A DNA stretch of 64,000 nucleotides from Nitrospirota bacterium (GCA_963737155.1 CAVTRN010000001.1:1216001-1280000); one strand, 5' to 3'. Positions 11,426-22,481 are shown, counted from the first letter of the stretch. The notes: generated from the sequence alone by a model not told the origin. Made by a program: numbers and translations.

Positions 11426-12619
11426 TCAACGTTTCGCAAAAAGTCCGTCGAGCACTTCCAGCAGCAAATCAATCTCTTCTTCGGTGATGACAAGAGGCGG
11501 CATGAATCGCAGCACTGTCTCTGTGGTACAGTTGATGAGCATGCCTTCCTGGATGCACGCGGAGACGATGTCCTGGCAGGGAAAGTCAAGCTCCATCCCG
11601 ATTAACAGCCCTTGGCCGCGGATATCTTTTACGAAGGGATATTTCCTTTTCAGTTTTTCCAAGCCCCGCAGAAAGTGTCCGCCGAGATGAGCAACGGAGG
11701 GGATGATAATATCGTCCTCGATTAGAACTTCGAGCGAAGCAATGGCTGCCGCGCAGGCCAGCGGGTTGCCACCGAAGGTGGAACCGTGTGTTCCCGGCGA
11801 CAGGGCCTGCGCCGCTTTGTCAGTGGCCAGTAGAGCGCCGATGGGCATGCCTGCGCCAAGACCCTTGGCAAGCATCATAACGTCAGGTGTAATGCCGGAA
11901 TGTTCATAGGCGAAAAACTTGCCGGTCCGGCCCATGCCGGTCTGGATCTCATCGAACATGAGAAGGATGCCATGCTGGTCGCAGATCTCACGGAGCCCTT
12001 TCAAATATCCAGTCGAGGGGAGGTTGACGCCACCTTCGCCTTGGAGCGGCTCAACTAGGACGGCGCAGGTGTGGCCATTGATGGCTTCCTCAACGGCTTT
12101 GAGGTCATTGTAGGGAACGTACAGGAATCCGGGAACAATGGGTTCAAATCCCTTGTGGAATCGCTCCTGTGCTGTTGCCGCGAGGGCGCCCAGTGTCCGG
12201 CCGTGAAAGGAACCACGCATCGAGATGATTTCGTACCGGTCCTGCTTTACTATCTCCCGTCCATACCGGCGCGCAAGCTTAATGGCGGCCTCCACTGCCT
12301 CGGTGCCGGAATTGCAGAAGAAGACCTTGTCTGCAAAGGAGCGTCCCACTAGCGCCTTCGCCAATTTGATCTGTGGCTCGTTATGAAAGTGGTTCGATAC
12401 GTGCATGAGCCGTTGGGCCTGCTTTTGAAGTGCAACGACGATGCGTGGATGGCAGTGCCCCAGATTGCAAACGGCCACGCCAGAAACGAAGTCGATATAT
12501 TCCTTGCCGTCGGAGTCGAAAACCCTCGTGCCCCGTCCCTTGACGAGTACAAGAGGCTGGCGGCTGTAGGTGTTCATAATGAATTTTTGAGAATCCGCGA
12601 GGAAATCGCCCGTAATCAT
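11426..12619 (-). CDS. argD: Acetylornithine aminotransferase
   Basis: NSGTEA, SFHGRT, EPLQGEGG, DEIQTG.GRTG, LAKGL, HGSTFGGNP; adjacent to argF. Confidence 0.95.
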   Translation of the reverse strand: MITGDFLADSQKFIMNTYSRQPLVLVKGRGTRVFDSDGKEYIDFVSGVAVCNLGHCHPRIVVALQKQAQRLMHVSNHFHNEPQIKLAKALVGRSFADKVFFCNSGTEAVEAAIKLARRYGREIVKQDRYEIISMRGSFHGRTLGALAATAQERFHKGFEPIVPGFLYVPYNDLKAVEEAINGHTCAVLVEPLQGEGGVNLPSTGYLKGLREICDQHGILLMFDEIQTGMGRTGKFFAYEHSGITPDVMMLAKGLGAGMPIGALLATDKAAQALSPGTHGSTFGGNPLACAAAIASLEVLIEDDIIIPSVAHLGGHFLRGLEKLKRKYPFVKDIRGQGLLIGMELDFPCQDIVSACIQEGMLINCTTETVLRFMPPLVITEEEIDLLLEVLDGLFAKR

Positions 12620-12789
12620 GAAAGGGAAATTAACATAACCGTCATGAAAAATCAAACGGAAATTCGACAAAATCCAAATAAATAAACCGGGTTAGGAGTG
12701 AAGCGCGAAAAGAATGATACGCATTGGGAGGCGGCTCAGCCTGCAGAAAACGGAAAGCGACTCGATAACTCTATAGCCGCCGAGTAAGC

Positions 12790-13185
12790 CTTTGAAAGCC
12801 ATGAACGTTTTATGTTCGGGCTTCACCTGCATGTTGGCTGCTCCCACCTGCACCATCAGTGCGGAGAACGACGCGCCGCCTGCAGACAGTGGGAGGCCGA
12901 TTACGCAGTGCAGAATGACGAGGCGATTCTGCGTTACGGGCGCTGTTAACGATGGACTCCATCATGCACTTGAGTTTCCTTTTTCCTGATGTTGTTTTTC
13001 AGCGGCATGATCAGTACGATGCCAGCCAAGAGATTGGTGGTCACCGGATCGATGAACGAATGAGGGATGGCCCTCGTCTTTTCCCGAGGGCCGATGTGGT
13101 ACAGCGAGTTGAGGAACACCGCGTCCAATAGCATAACCAGTTGGATGTTCCACCGCAGATGGAGCAGCAACATGATGAGCTAAGG
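12790..13185 (-). pseudogene. Decayed N-terminal part of a DUF401-like membrane protein
   Basis: Minus-strand frames give WNIQLVMLL..DPVTTNLLAGIVLIM..MMESI and VIGLPLSAGGASFSALMV..KPEHK, resembling the DUF401 IGLLPSxGGAxFSAPMV motif; frameshifted. Confidence 0.5.
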
Positions 13186-13205
13186 TCCCTGCCGATTTTG
13201 GTCCG

Positions 13206-14096
13206 TCATCGAATGTAGCCCTCCCCCAGGTAGAAAATCACGGCGGCGCGGATCGAATAGTGGTCCATTTTCCAATCGTCAGGGAGCGGCGCGAACGGCG
13301 CGGATTCCCTGATAGCGCGAAGCGCCTCGTCGTCGAGGATTTTGTATTGCGATGGTTGCAGAATCTCAAGCCCTCCCAAGGTGCCATCCTTATTGATATC
13401 GAATTTGATATACAGCGTGCCCTGGTAGCCTGATACGGCGGCGAGTTCGGGATATTTGAGAGTGCTCTCGATCTTAACTTTGAGCCATCGGTTGTAGGAC
13501 ATGAACTTGAGTTCATCAGTGTCAAGCGTTACCGAATTGTCGCCGGGCTGTTTCTCGGGCATGCCCCTGCGCGCGAGTTCGTCGATGTCGTTCTGGGAAA
13601 GAAAAGGGAGCGGCCCTGCTGATCGGTGTGTTGATGACGGTCCGGCTTTGCCTTTTTCCCCGCTCTGCTCTGCGCTTTTGGACAGGCCGATCTTGCCCTT
13701 TTCCCCGCCTTGTTCTGCGCCTTCAGGTATGCCGGTACGTGGTGAGGTTTTCGGCATCTTGAGCTCCTCGCCCTCGCCGAATTTTTTCGGTATGGGAACG
13801 GCGTTAGGAGGCAGCGGCTTTTCAGGGATGACGCGTTGCGGAGCGGGAGCCGGAACCGGACGTACAGGAGCAGGAGCTGGACGTGCAGGAACAGGAGGCA
13901 CTGGCTGCGGTCGTTGGACTGCCGGCAGCTGCTTCATGTCCTGTGGAGGAAGGTTTACGATCCTGATCGGAGTAAAGGGCAGCTCTGTCGGAGCGGGTTT
14001 GATAAGATAAAAAGCCGCGATTATCAGTAGCGCATGAAGAGCGATGGAGGCGATAAAAAATTTTGTAAAATGTAAATGCCGGGGCATGAGAGACAC
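13206..14096 (-). CDS. TonB-family energy transducer
   Basis: N-terminal TM with S-x3-H (SIALH), Pro-rich linker, TonB_C domain (YPELA..G..G.LYIKF...ILDDEALRAI..APFAPLP). Confidence 0.88.
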   Translation of the reverse strand: MSLMPRHLHFTKFFIASIALHALLIIAAFYLIKPAPTELPFTPIRIVNLPPQDMKQLPAVQRPQPVPPVPARPAPAPVRPVPAPAPQRVIPEKPLPPNAVPIPKKFGEGEELKMPKTSPRTGIPEGAEQGGEKGKIGLSKSAEQSGEKGKAGPSSTHRSAGPLPFLSQNDIDELARRGMPEKQPGDNSVTLDTDELKFMSYNRWLKVKIESTLKYPELAAVSGYQGTLYIKFDINKDGTLGGLEILQPSQYKILDDEALRAIRESAPFAPLPDDWKMDHYSIRAAVIFYLGEGYIR

Positions 14097-14229
14097 TCAA
14101 AAAAACTGGACGTGAACTAAAAGTGGAAATTTACGGATAACGCTTTGGATACACGGTTGTTTATTTGCACATTCCGACTTTCTCAGCGTCAGTGTATTGC
14201 TTCAGGGTATTATTCGCGATTAACCTTGT

Positions 14230-15273
14230 TCATAGGTGGTTTTGCATATTGTCTGAAACTTCCCGTAGCAGCTTAAGGATGGCTAAGGCCTTGTCGGGCG
14301 TAAGACTGCCCATGCCGCAGGATGGCGTGATGAGACACTGGCGTAGAAGCGCATCACGTTTGACGCCCTGGGACTCCAGCCGCTTCATGCCGCTGTTGAG
14401 CTTGTTCTGGAGATGATCCGCTGTTTCACTTCCGGTAAAGGATCCCGTGGGTACGATGCCCCAGGCCAGCGCTCCACCGCGGTCAAGAAATTTCCTGATT
14501 TCCGCGGGATACAGCATTATTTTGTCCATATATCCGAAAGCGTCGAAATTGATTATATCGATCTTCGTGTTCAACAGCATCGGCCAGTCGGCATTGCCGC
14601 AGCAGTGGATACCTGCAATTCCGCCCAACTCGTGGATCATGGCGATGATCTCGTTGATTTTTTCAGCCACAACCTCTGACGACACTGCGGAAAAACCTGA
14701 CCCGAGAGACTCCATGGCTGGTTCATCGATGAAGATGATGACGGGTTTGTGGAACTGGCCGAGTTCCCTGATCTGCCAGGCCGCCTTCATAGCAAGTCCC
14801 TTGACCAGGGCGTCGAAAAGGATGTCATTGTGGATGATGTCTCTACCGGTGCTATCCTTGAACGATATCCCTGCTGTAAGGGGGCCGGTAATATGGCCCT
14901 TGACGAATCGGGCGCGCGGGGGAAGCCCTTTCCGCAAGGCCCGCAGAAAAGCATAAAACCCGGCCGCGTACTCTTCGGATAGCCTGAAGAAACCGTAGTC
15001 CTTCTCGATGTACCGCTCAAAGAATTTTTCGAGTTCTGGCGTAAGGTCGCCGGACGTATCGAAATAAAAACGTTTCTTCACCACGTCCAGCCGCAGACCG
15101 GGCATTGATTCGCTGTATTGGCTGTCCATGTGCTCGCGAAAATCCTTTTGCGGAAGCTGGGGCCAGATCGGCGCTTCGGCCAGGTAGGAAAGCGACATTG
15201 CCGCGGCCTTATCTGGATCCGCAATCGGTAAACTGCCGATGCCTGTGGCTATGCAATTGAAGTCGTAGATCAT
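14230..15273 (-). CDS. Core (single-barrel) MetE-like methionine synthase, probably MesB-type
   Basis: TGIGSLP, WPQLP, KGHITGP, DEP, Zn-site GIHCCG and TPSCG; ~350 aa, no N-terminal barrel. Confidence 0.7.
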   Translation of the reverse strand: MIYDFNCIATGIGSLPIADPDKAAAMSLSYLAEAPIWPQLPQKDFREHMDSQYSESMPGLRLDVVKKRFYFDTSGDLTPELEKFFERYIEKDYGFFRLSEEYAAGFYAFLRALRKGLPPRARFVKGHITGPLTAGISFKDSTGRDIIHNDILFDALVKGLAMKAAWQIRELGQFHKPVIIFIDEPAMESLGSGFSAVSSEVVAEKINEIIAMIHELGGIAGIHCCGNADWPMLLNTKIDIINFDAFGYMDKIMLYPAEIRKFLDRGGALAWGIVPTGSFTGSETADHLQNKLNSGMKRLESQGVKRDALLRQCLITPSCGMGSLTPDKALAILKLLREVSDNMQNHL

Positions 15274-15752
15274 GTTCTTGGTTCCGTTCGTCGCAGTGCA
15301 TTCAGTCCCTGGCGAATACGAACGCCACGAGCGCATCGATTATTATATCGTTAAAGCTCATAAAAAACAACTTAAAACACCGCTGCCTGTCATGACCAGT
15401 CCCGATTTTCAAACATCCGATTCAGAGCAGGCAGCTAAGAGTAAAGTGACATGCTTAACGGCCGACCGTGTTTGTCGTCCTACAGATAAACGAGAGAACA
15501 CGATTTCCATTTCAAGGCGGGCTCAGCTGATGACTTTGCGCCCTATGAACATCCGGAGTGAAGCAGAAAATATCCGCAAGTAAACATACACTTTGCTTCA
15601 CAACAAAGAGTCTTTAAGGTTTGTTTTCGCTTCAAAAGTCGGGATATACGGTGCATTGACGGTGATGACTGAATATTGCATTTTATTTATATGGCCTTCT
15701 GCAATTAACTATGAGCAACTCCAAATTGTACTGTTAAATTCCCGATATTTTC

Positions 15753-15780
15753 TTGACAATACGAGGTTTTTTTGTATAAT
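15753..15780 (+). promoter_or_regulatory. Consensus sigma70 promoter for glyQS
   Basis: TTGACA (15753-58), 16-nt spacer, TATAAT (15775-80). Confidence 0.75.
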
Positions 15781-15831
15781 AGCAATCTATTTTTCTTATC
15801 TTTCCCGGTTTCTTCCAGGCAGGGGCAATCA

Positions 15832-16706
15832 TTGACATTTCAGGAAGTTATATTAACACTCCAGAATTTCTGGGCCTCGAAAGGCTGTGTCATCCATCAA
15901 CCATATGACACTGAGGTTGGCGCAGGAACATTTCATCCCGCCACATTTCTTCGCGTTCTCGGGCCGGAGCCGTGGAGCACCGCCTATGTCCAGCCCTCCC
16001 GCAGGCCGACTGACGGCCGCTACGGCGAGAACCCTAACCGTTTGCAGCACTATTACCAGTTTCAGGTGATCCTGAAGCCCCATCCTGAAAACGTCCAGAA
16101 CCTTTATCTCGAAAGTCTCGTAAAACTGGGAATCAATCCGCTGAAGCACGATATCCGCTTTGTGGAGGACGACTGGGAATCACCCACCCTCGGCGCTTGG
16201 GGGCTTGGATGGGAAGTCTGGCTTAACGGCATGGAGGTCACGCAGTTCACTTACTTCCAACAGGTGGGCGGCATAGATGGCTCAGGCCCATTCCCGCGGA
16301 ACTTACTTACGGTGTGGAACGGCTCGCCATGTACCTCCAGGGCGTGAACAATGTCTTTGATCTCGAATGGACCAAAGGCGTCAAATACGGCGATATCCAT
16401 CATGAGACGGAAGTACAGTTTTCGAAATACAATTTCGAGCTTTCGGATCGGGGCATGCTGTTCAGCCAGTTCGAATCCTATGAAAAAGAGTGCGAAAAGC
16501 TCATTAATGCCAAGGTCGTGTTGCCGGCGTATGATTATTGCCTCAAATGTTCTCATACCTTCAATCTTCTTGATGCGGCCGGTGCGATTAGTGTGACGGA
16601 GCGCACGAGTTATATCGCTCGGGTGAGAAAGCTAGCGCGCCTCTGCGCTCGTGCATATTTGGCGATGCGGGAGGAGAAGGGGTTCCCGATGTTGAAGAAG
16701 CAGTAG
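15832..16706 (+). CDS. glyQ: Glycyl-tRNA synthetase alpha subunit, with an apparent 2-nt frameshift near 16279-16280
   Basis: [26 protein letters not shown] in one frame; [18 protein letters not shown].. continues in another after removing gg. Confidence 0.93.
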
Positions 16707-16786
16707 ACAGCGAGCTCGAAAAGTCAGCGGCAAGAAGTTCCGCTCATAACCGTTCAAGCAACTAATACCGTTTTTGGGGTTATATT

Positions 16787-18859
16787 TTGACTAAAGAATT
16801 TTTATTGGAAATAGGCACTGAGGAGATCCCGTCACGGTTTATTAACCCTGCCATCGAGAAGATGAAGGAACTTTTTGCCGCGCTTCTTGTATCTGGCCGT
16901 GTTACGTCCCGCGGAGAAATGAAGGCCTTCGGCACACCGCGCCGACTGGTCCTGTATGTGCCCGACATGGATGAGCGCCAGGCAGATGTTTCGAAAGAAG
17001 TCGTTGGCCCGCCGAAGAAGATCGCGTTCGATGTTTCGGGAAATCCGACTAAGGCTGCTGTAGTTTTTGCCGAGAAAAACGGAGTCCCCGTCACTGCACT
17101 CACAGTCAAGTCGAAGGAAAAGGGAGAGTATGTGGTCGCCCAGCTCGATGAAAAAGGCGGTGATAGTGCCGAATGGCTAAGGCAGGTCCTGCCCGGTTTT
17201 ATACTTTCAATTCCTTTTCAGAAAACCATGCGCTGGATGGACAAGGACATCCGGTTTGTGCGGCCCATCCACTGGGTGCTTGCTCTTTGGGGTGGCAGCG
17301 TGGTGGATTTCAACCTCAGTGGGATCAAGAGCTCCAACCTCTCGTGGGGCCATCGTTTCATGAGTCCTGGTGCTTTTCTAGTAAAGGATTTCAAATCCTA
17401 CAGATCTCAATTAGAGCCGAATTTCTTGGTCATCGACCCCGAAGTCCGGAAAGAGAGGATCACCAATCAGACCCGAGAATTGGCCAGTGCCAGAAACGGA
17501 TCAGTGCTCGACGACCCCGGTCTTGTCGAGGAAGTGGCAAACCTCGTGGAGTATCCCGTGGCGGTTATGGGTACCTTCAACAAGGACTATCTCCGAGTGC
17601 CAAAAGAAGTGCTGATCACGGCCATGCGCGAACATCAGCGCTATTTCAGCGTCGTCGACAGGAGTGGAAATCTGCTTCCCTGTTTCATCACCATCAGCAA
17701 CACCCGGGCCGAGGACATGGAGATCGTCCGCGCTGGGAACGAGCGGGTGCTCGCCGCGCGGCTCTCCGACGCAGCCTATTTCTTCGACCATGACGTAAAA
17801 CAACCGCTTGCCGACCGCATCGAAGGGCTCAAGAGAGTCACCTATCAGGAAAAACTAGGGTCTGTATATGACAAGGTTCAGCGCGTAAAGGCGCTTTCCG
17901 GTTATCTTGCCGACCTGTTTGGCGCTGACAAAAAGGTAACTCAGCGGGCCGCCGAACTTTGCAAAGCCGATCTCATAACAGGCATCGTGGGAGAATTCCC
18001 AAAACTTCAAGGCGTAATGGGAAAGTACTATGCCCTCAGTTCGGGAGAGGACCCCAAGGTTGCCGACGCTATCCTCGAGCACTACCTTCCGCGGTATGCG
18101 GGGGACAAGCTGCCTGACTCGCTGCAAGGCGTCTGTGTTGGCATTGCCGACCGCATCGATTCCATTACGGGCTGTTTTTCCGTCGGCCTGATTCCCAGTG
18201 GGTCAGAGGACCCCTATGGCCTTCGTAGGCAATCCATGGCCATCCTCAACATGCTTCTCGACCGGGGCCTCCGTCTGTCGCTGACTGAGCTGGTCTCGCA
18301 GGCATGCAGGGGATTCGGCTTTAACGAGAAAGACAAGGTCGCGCTGGACACACTCGACTTTTTGCGACAGCGCCTCGCGGGCATGCTCGCGTCAGAGGGC
18401 CTCCGATCTGATGTGGTGGACGCGGCGCTTTCTGTCGGGTTCGATGATCCGCTTATCTCTCGTGAAAAAGTGCGGGCCCTTGACGCGCTCAGGACGTCCG
18501 AGGATTACCAGCCGCTTGTCACGGCTCTTAAGCGCGCAGGCAATATTTTGCCGAAGGGATTTGGCGGGGCAGTCAAAGAAAGCGTGTTGCAGCAGGAAGC
18601 GGAGAAGAACCTCCATGCAGCGTTCATGGATATCCGGGAGCGGGTCGTGGATAAGACCGCCAAGCTTGATTTTCGGGGCGCACTTGCGGACATTGCGTCG
18701 CTGAGAAAACCTGTTGACGTTTTTTTTGACACTGTGATGGTGATGGACAAGGACGCGGTGGTAAAGGAAAACCGTTTGGCTCTGCTTGCCGGCATTACGG
18801 GCCTTTTCTCGCAGATTGCCGATTTTTCGCGGCTGGTGCTGAGCTCAGAAGAAAAATGA
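16787..18859 (+). CDS. glyS: Glycyl-tRNA synthetase beta subunit
   Basis: LLEIGTEEIP, TPRRL, FVRPIHW, GNERVLAARL.DA, GEFPKLQG.MG, DPYGLRR. Confidence 0.97.
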   Translation: MTKEFLLEIGTEEIPSRFINPAIEKMKELFAALLVSGRVTSRGEMKAFGTPRRLVLYVPDMDERQADVSKEVVGPPKKIAFDVSGNPTKAAVVFAEKNGVPVTALTVKSKEKGEYVVAQLDEKGGDSAEWLRQVLPGFILSIPFQKTMRWMDKDIRFVRPIHWVLALWGGSVVDFNLSGIKSSNLSWGHRFMSPGAFLVKDFKSYRSQLEPNFLVIDPEVRKERITNQTRELASARNGSVLDDPGLVEEVANLVEYPVAVMGTFNKDYLRVPKEVLITAMREHQRYFSVVDRSGNLLPCFITISNTRAEDMEIVRAGNERVLAARLSDAAYFFDHDVKQPLADRIEGLKRVTYQEKLGSVYDKVQRVKALSGYLADLFGADKKVTQRAAELCKADLITGIVGEFPKLQGVMGKYYALSSGEDPKVADAILEHYLPRYAGDKLPDSLQGVCVGIADRIDSITGCFSVGLIPSGSEDPYGLRRQSMAILNMLLDRGLRLSLTELVSQACRGFGFNEKDKVALDTLDFLRQRLAGMLASEGLRSDVVDAALSVGFDDPLISREKVRALDALRTSEDYQPLVTALKRAGNILPKGFGGAVKESVLQQEAEKNLHAAFMDIRERVVDKTAKLDFRGALADIASLRKPVDVFFDTVMVMDKDAVVKENRLALLAGITGLFSQIADFSRLVLSSEEK

Positions 18860-18950
18860 CAAAGTTTAGCAGCCAGGAGCCGGAGTCGGAACTTTTTTTT
18901 ACTTATGGCTACTGGATTCAGATGATACATCTTTAGGGAGGATAATCACA

Positions 18951-21635
18951 ATGGCTACAGGGAAGAAATATATTTATTTTTTCGGCAGCGGAAAGGCAGA
19001 TGGCAACGGAACCATGAAGGACCTGCTCGGGGGCAAGGGAGCAGGCCTTGCCGAAATGACGAACGCCGGCGTTCCGGTTCCGCCTGGGTTCACCATCACC
19101 ACGGAGGTCTGCAACCTCTTCTATGATCTCGGCAAGCGCGTGCCGGATGGTCTTGATGGTGAGATGCGCGGCTACATGAAGAAGGTCGAGGAAGTCCTCG
19201 GCGGCAAGTATATCTTCGGTGATGTGAACCGGCCGCTTCTTGTCTCCGTCCGGTCGGGATCCAAGTTCTCCATGCCCGGCATGATGGACACGGTCCTGAA
19301 TCTCGGCCTAAACGATAAAACCATTAGCGGCCTCATCCGCATGTCCGGGAACAAGCGCTTCGCCTGGGACGCCTACCGTCGTTTCATCCAGATGTTCGGC
19401 AACGTGGTGATGGGTATCGAAAAGGATCAATTCGAGCACATTATTCATGAAGTCAAGAAAAAGAAAAAGATACTTCTTGATATCGACCTGACAGCCGAGG
19501 ATCTGGAAAACCTGGTTGCCAAGTTTAAAGCAAAAGTGAAGCAGATCATGAAACGTGATTTCCCGCAGGACCATTGGGAGCAGCTCATGATGGCTCGCGA
19601 TGCGGTTTTCGGCTCTTGGAACAATCCCCGTGCCATCACCTATCGTAAACTGAACGATATTCCCGGCAATCTCGGCACGGCTGTAAACGTGCAGTCCATG
19701 GTGTTTGGTAACATGGGTGAGACTTCAGCAACGGGCGTGGGCTTTACGCGCAATCCCTCGACGGGCGTGAAGGAATTTTATGGCGAGTACCTCACCAACG
19801 CCCAGGGAGAGGACGTAGTGGCTGGTATACGCACGCCGCACGCCATTACAGCCCTGGAAAAAGAAATGCCAGCGGTGTACAAGCAGCTCCACGAAACCAC
19901 GACCATGCTTGAGAAGCACTATCGCGACGTACAGGACTTTGAATTTACGGTCCAGGAGGGCACACTATTCATGCTCCAAACCCGCACGGGCAAGCGCACT
20001 GCACACGCCGCGGTCAAGATTGCCGTGGACATGGTGAGTGAGGGGCTGATCACGAAGGAGGAAGCTGTGCTCCGTGTCGAGCCGGCATCCCTTGACCAGC
20101 TGCTCCATCCCATCATCGATCCGAAGGCCAAGATCCAGGTGATCGCCAAGGGCCTCCCGGCGTCTCCGGGCGCCGCTTCCGGTAAGGTCGTGTTCACCGC
20201 CGATGAAGCGGTGAAACAGGCGAAGAAGGACAAGGTCATCCTCGTAAGGCCGGAAACCACGCCTGATGACATCCACGGCATGGACGCGGCAAAGGGCATT
20301 CTGACGGCGCGCGGCGGCATGACCTCCCATGCAGCGGTAGTGGCGCGTGGCATGGGCAAGCCCTGCGTGGCCGGCTGCGAAACCATAAAGGTAGACCTGA
20401 AAGCGGAAAAGTTTTCGGTCAATGGCGTGACGGTCAAACTGGGCGACTGGATCACCATCGATGGCGGCACCGGCCGCGTGATCCTCGGCAAGGTCCCAAC
20501 CACGGAGCCCACGGTGAGTGGGGACTTCGGCACGTTTATGAAGTGGGCTGACGAAGTCCGGACCCTCGGCGTCCGCGCCAATGCTGACATCCCGCGTGAC
20601 GCTAAAATGGCAATGACGTTCGGTGCCGAAGGCATCGGTTTGTGCCGCACCGAACACATGTTCTTTGCCGCCGACCGGTTGCCTTATATGCAGCAGATGA
20701 TTTTGGCGGACACGACCGAGGGTCGTGAAAAGGCCCTGGCCAAGCTCCTCCCCATGCAGCGGTCCGATTTCAAGGGCCTCTTCGAGACCATGGGAGGATT
20801 CCCGGTTACTATTCGCCTCCTCGATCCGCCGCTCCATGAATTTCTTCCGAAGCGTGAAGACCTTATGGTGGAAGTCGCGGTGATGCAGGCGAAGAAGGCC
20901 CCTAAGGTGTCGATCACCAAGAAGGAAAAACTGCTCCAGCGGGTGGAGGAGCTCCATGAACTAAATCCGATGCTCGGTCATCGTGGCTGCAGGCTTGGTA
21001 TCGTATATCCCGAGATTACGCGCATGCAGACACGTGCTATCATCGAAGCCGCCTGCGACCTGGCCAAGAAGGGGAAGAAGGTCATCCCCGAGATCATGAT
21101 TCCGCTTGTAGGCATCAAGAAGGAGCTCCAGAACCAGAAGGAAATCATCAAATCCGTTGCCGAGGAAGTCATGAAGAAAAAAGGTGTGAAGATCGACTAC
21201 TTGATCGGCACCATGATTGAGCTTCCACGCGCTGCCGTCATCGCCGATGAAATTGCGAAAGAGGCGGAATTCTTCTCCTTTGGGACGAACGATCTGACAC
21301 AGACGACTTTTGGTTTTAGCCGCGATGACGCAGGCAAGTTCATTGGCACTTATATTGAGAATAACATCCTTGAAAAGGACCCTTTCCAAACTCTGGACAA
21401 GCAAGGCGTGGGCCAGCTGATTAAGATGGGTGTGGAAAAAGGGCGTGCTACTCGCCCGAACCTCAAGGTTGGTATCTGCGGCGAGCATGGCGGAGACCCA
21501 GCGAGCGTGGAGTTCTGCTTCAAGATAGGCCTCAATTATGTTAGCTGCTCTCCCTTCCGTGTACCTATTGCGCGACTCGCTGCCGCGCATGCCAAACTCC
21601 GGGAAAAAGGCGTGGACGGTTCGGTTTCCAAGTAG
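18951..21635 (+). CDS. ppdK: Pyruvate, phosphate dikinase
   Basis: LLGGKGAGL, SMPGMMDT, GGMTSHAA phospho-His, FSFGTNDL, GICGEHGG. Confidence 0.98.
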   Translation: MATGKKYIYFFGSGKADGNGTMKDLLGGKGAGLAEMTNAGVPVPPGFTITTEVCNLFYDLGKRVPDGLDGEMRGYMKKVEEVLGGKYIFGDVNRPLLVSVRSGSKFSMPGMMDTVLNLGLNDKTISGLIRMSGNKRFAWDAYRRFIQMFGNVVMGIEKDQFEHIIHEVKKKKKILLDIDLTAEDLENLVAKFKAKVKQIMKRDFPQDHWEQLMMARDAVFGSWNNPRAITYRKLNDIPGNLGTAVNVQSMVFGNMGETSATGVGFTRNPSTGVKEFYGEYLTNAQGEDVVAGIRTPHAITALEKEMPAVYKQLHETTTMLEKHYRDVQDFEFTVQEGTLFMLQTRTGKRTAHAAVKIAVDMVSEGLITKEEAVLRVEPASLDQLLHPIIDPKAKIQVIAKGLPASPGAASGKVVFTADEAVKQAKKDKVILVRPETTPDDIHGMDAAKGILTARGGMTSHAAVVARGMGKPCVAGCETIKVDLKAEKFSVNGVTVKLGDWITIDGGTGRVILGKVPTTEPTVSGDFGTFMKWADEVRTLGVRANADIPRDAKMAMTFGAEGIGLCRTEHMFFAADRLPYMQQMILADTTEGREKALAKLLPMQRSDFKGLFETMGGFPVTIRLLDPPLHEFLPKREDLMVEVAVMQAKKAPKVSITKKEKLLQRVEELHELNPMLGHRGCRLGIVYPEITRMQTRAIIEAACDLAKKGKKVIPEIMIPLVGIKKELQNQKEIIKSVAEEVMKKKGVKIDYLIGTMIELPRAAVIADEIAKEAEFFSFGTNDLTQTTFGFSRDDAGKFIGTYIENNILEKDPFQTLDKQGVGQLIKMGVEKGRATRPNLKVGICGEHGGDPASVEFCFKIGLNYVSCSPFRVPIARLAAAHAKLREKGVDGSVSK

Positions 21636-21659
21636 AGGTCAAAAGAACGGTAATGTTTG

Positions 21660-21698
21660 AAGAGCGGCCTGAAGTGAAGAGGCCGCTCTTTTTGTTTC
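21660..21698 (+). terminator. Intrinsic terminator after ppdK
   Basis: agagcggcct...aggccgctct followed by a T-tract. Confidence 0.8.
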
Positions 21699-21893
21699 TG
21701 ACAGCCAATGAGAGGAAGGCGGCAGTTTGTTAAACTGTCAATTAATTCCTTCTGCAATGACGAGGGCATACGAATAATGTCTTATCACTTTGGACGCGAT
21801 CTTCCTGTTTTGCGAGTCGTTTGTTCGGGCAGTGATATACTATATATAGAAGTGTTATCCCGGTAAAAAAGTAGCGAAGGGAGGTATTGGTCT

Positions 21894-22217
21894 ATGAAAC
21901 AATTTTCATGCTCAAAAATTGGAAACAGCTGTAATATCGTCCTGACTGCCCCAACCGAGGAACGGCTCGTGGAAATGGTGTCGCTCCATCTGCGCGAAGT
22001 CCATGGGACGACTGAGATTCCGCAGGATTTAATCGGCCGGATCAAACAGAACATGGTCAATCCATCGCTGCCGGATGCAGCTTATGCCGTTGATCGCATA
22101 TTCGAAAAATATAACTGTAACAGTGATGCAGGATGCACTTGGCGCTACATCGCCGAAGCGGAAATGATCCTAACAGGCAACACGGCGGTCCATTCTCGTG
22201 AACTGAAAGCAGCCTGA
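21894..22217 (+). CDS. DUF1059-like small metal-binding protein with C-terminal extension
   Basis: KQFSCSKIGNSC...E..LVEMVSLHLREVHG pattern; RBS ggaggt. Confidence 0.7.
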   Translation: MKQFSCSKIGNSCNIVLTAPTEERLVEMVSLHLREVHGTTEIPQDLIGRIKQNMVNPSLPDAAYAVDRIFEKYNCNSDAGCTWRYIAEAEMILTGNTAVHSRELKAA

Positions 22218-22248
22218 TGTCAGCAGCGGAAAAGAGGTTTGGGCATAC

Positions 22249-22284
22249 AAGAATGCCTCCACTTGTGGAGGCATTCTTCTTTTT
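22249..22284 (+). terminator. Intrinsic terminator
   Basis: aagaatgcctccac-tt-gtggaggcattctt followed by ctttt. Confidence 0.75.
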
Positions 22285-22481
22285 GACGAGATCGAACCGA
22301 CGTGATGGATTGTTTAGCAACGTATGCAGTCTTGTCCTTCTCTTACCTTAAGCAGGCTCCATCATAAACCCCGCGATCATATTTCCCGAGAAACACAACG
22401 GGAGGAGAAACCATTTAAAATCTAACATAGAAGCTATTGTAATATGTTATAATGCCGTCGTGACGAGTCCTGAGGGTAGAC

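Noticed and set aside
16270-16285. Programmed ribosomal frameshift in glyQ
   Set aside because: No slippery sequence or stimulatory structure evident; sequence error is more parsimonious
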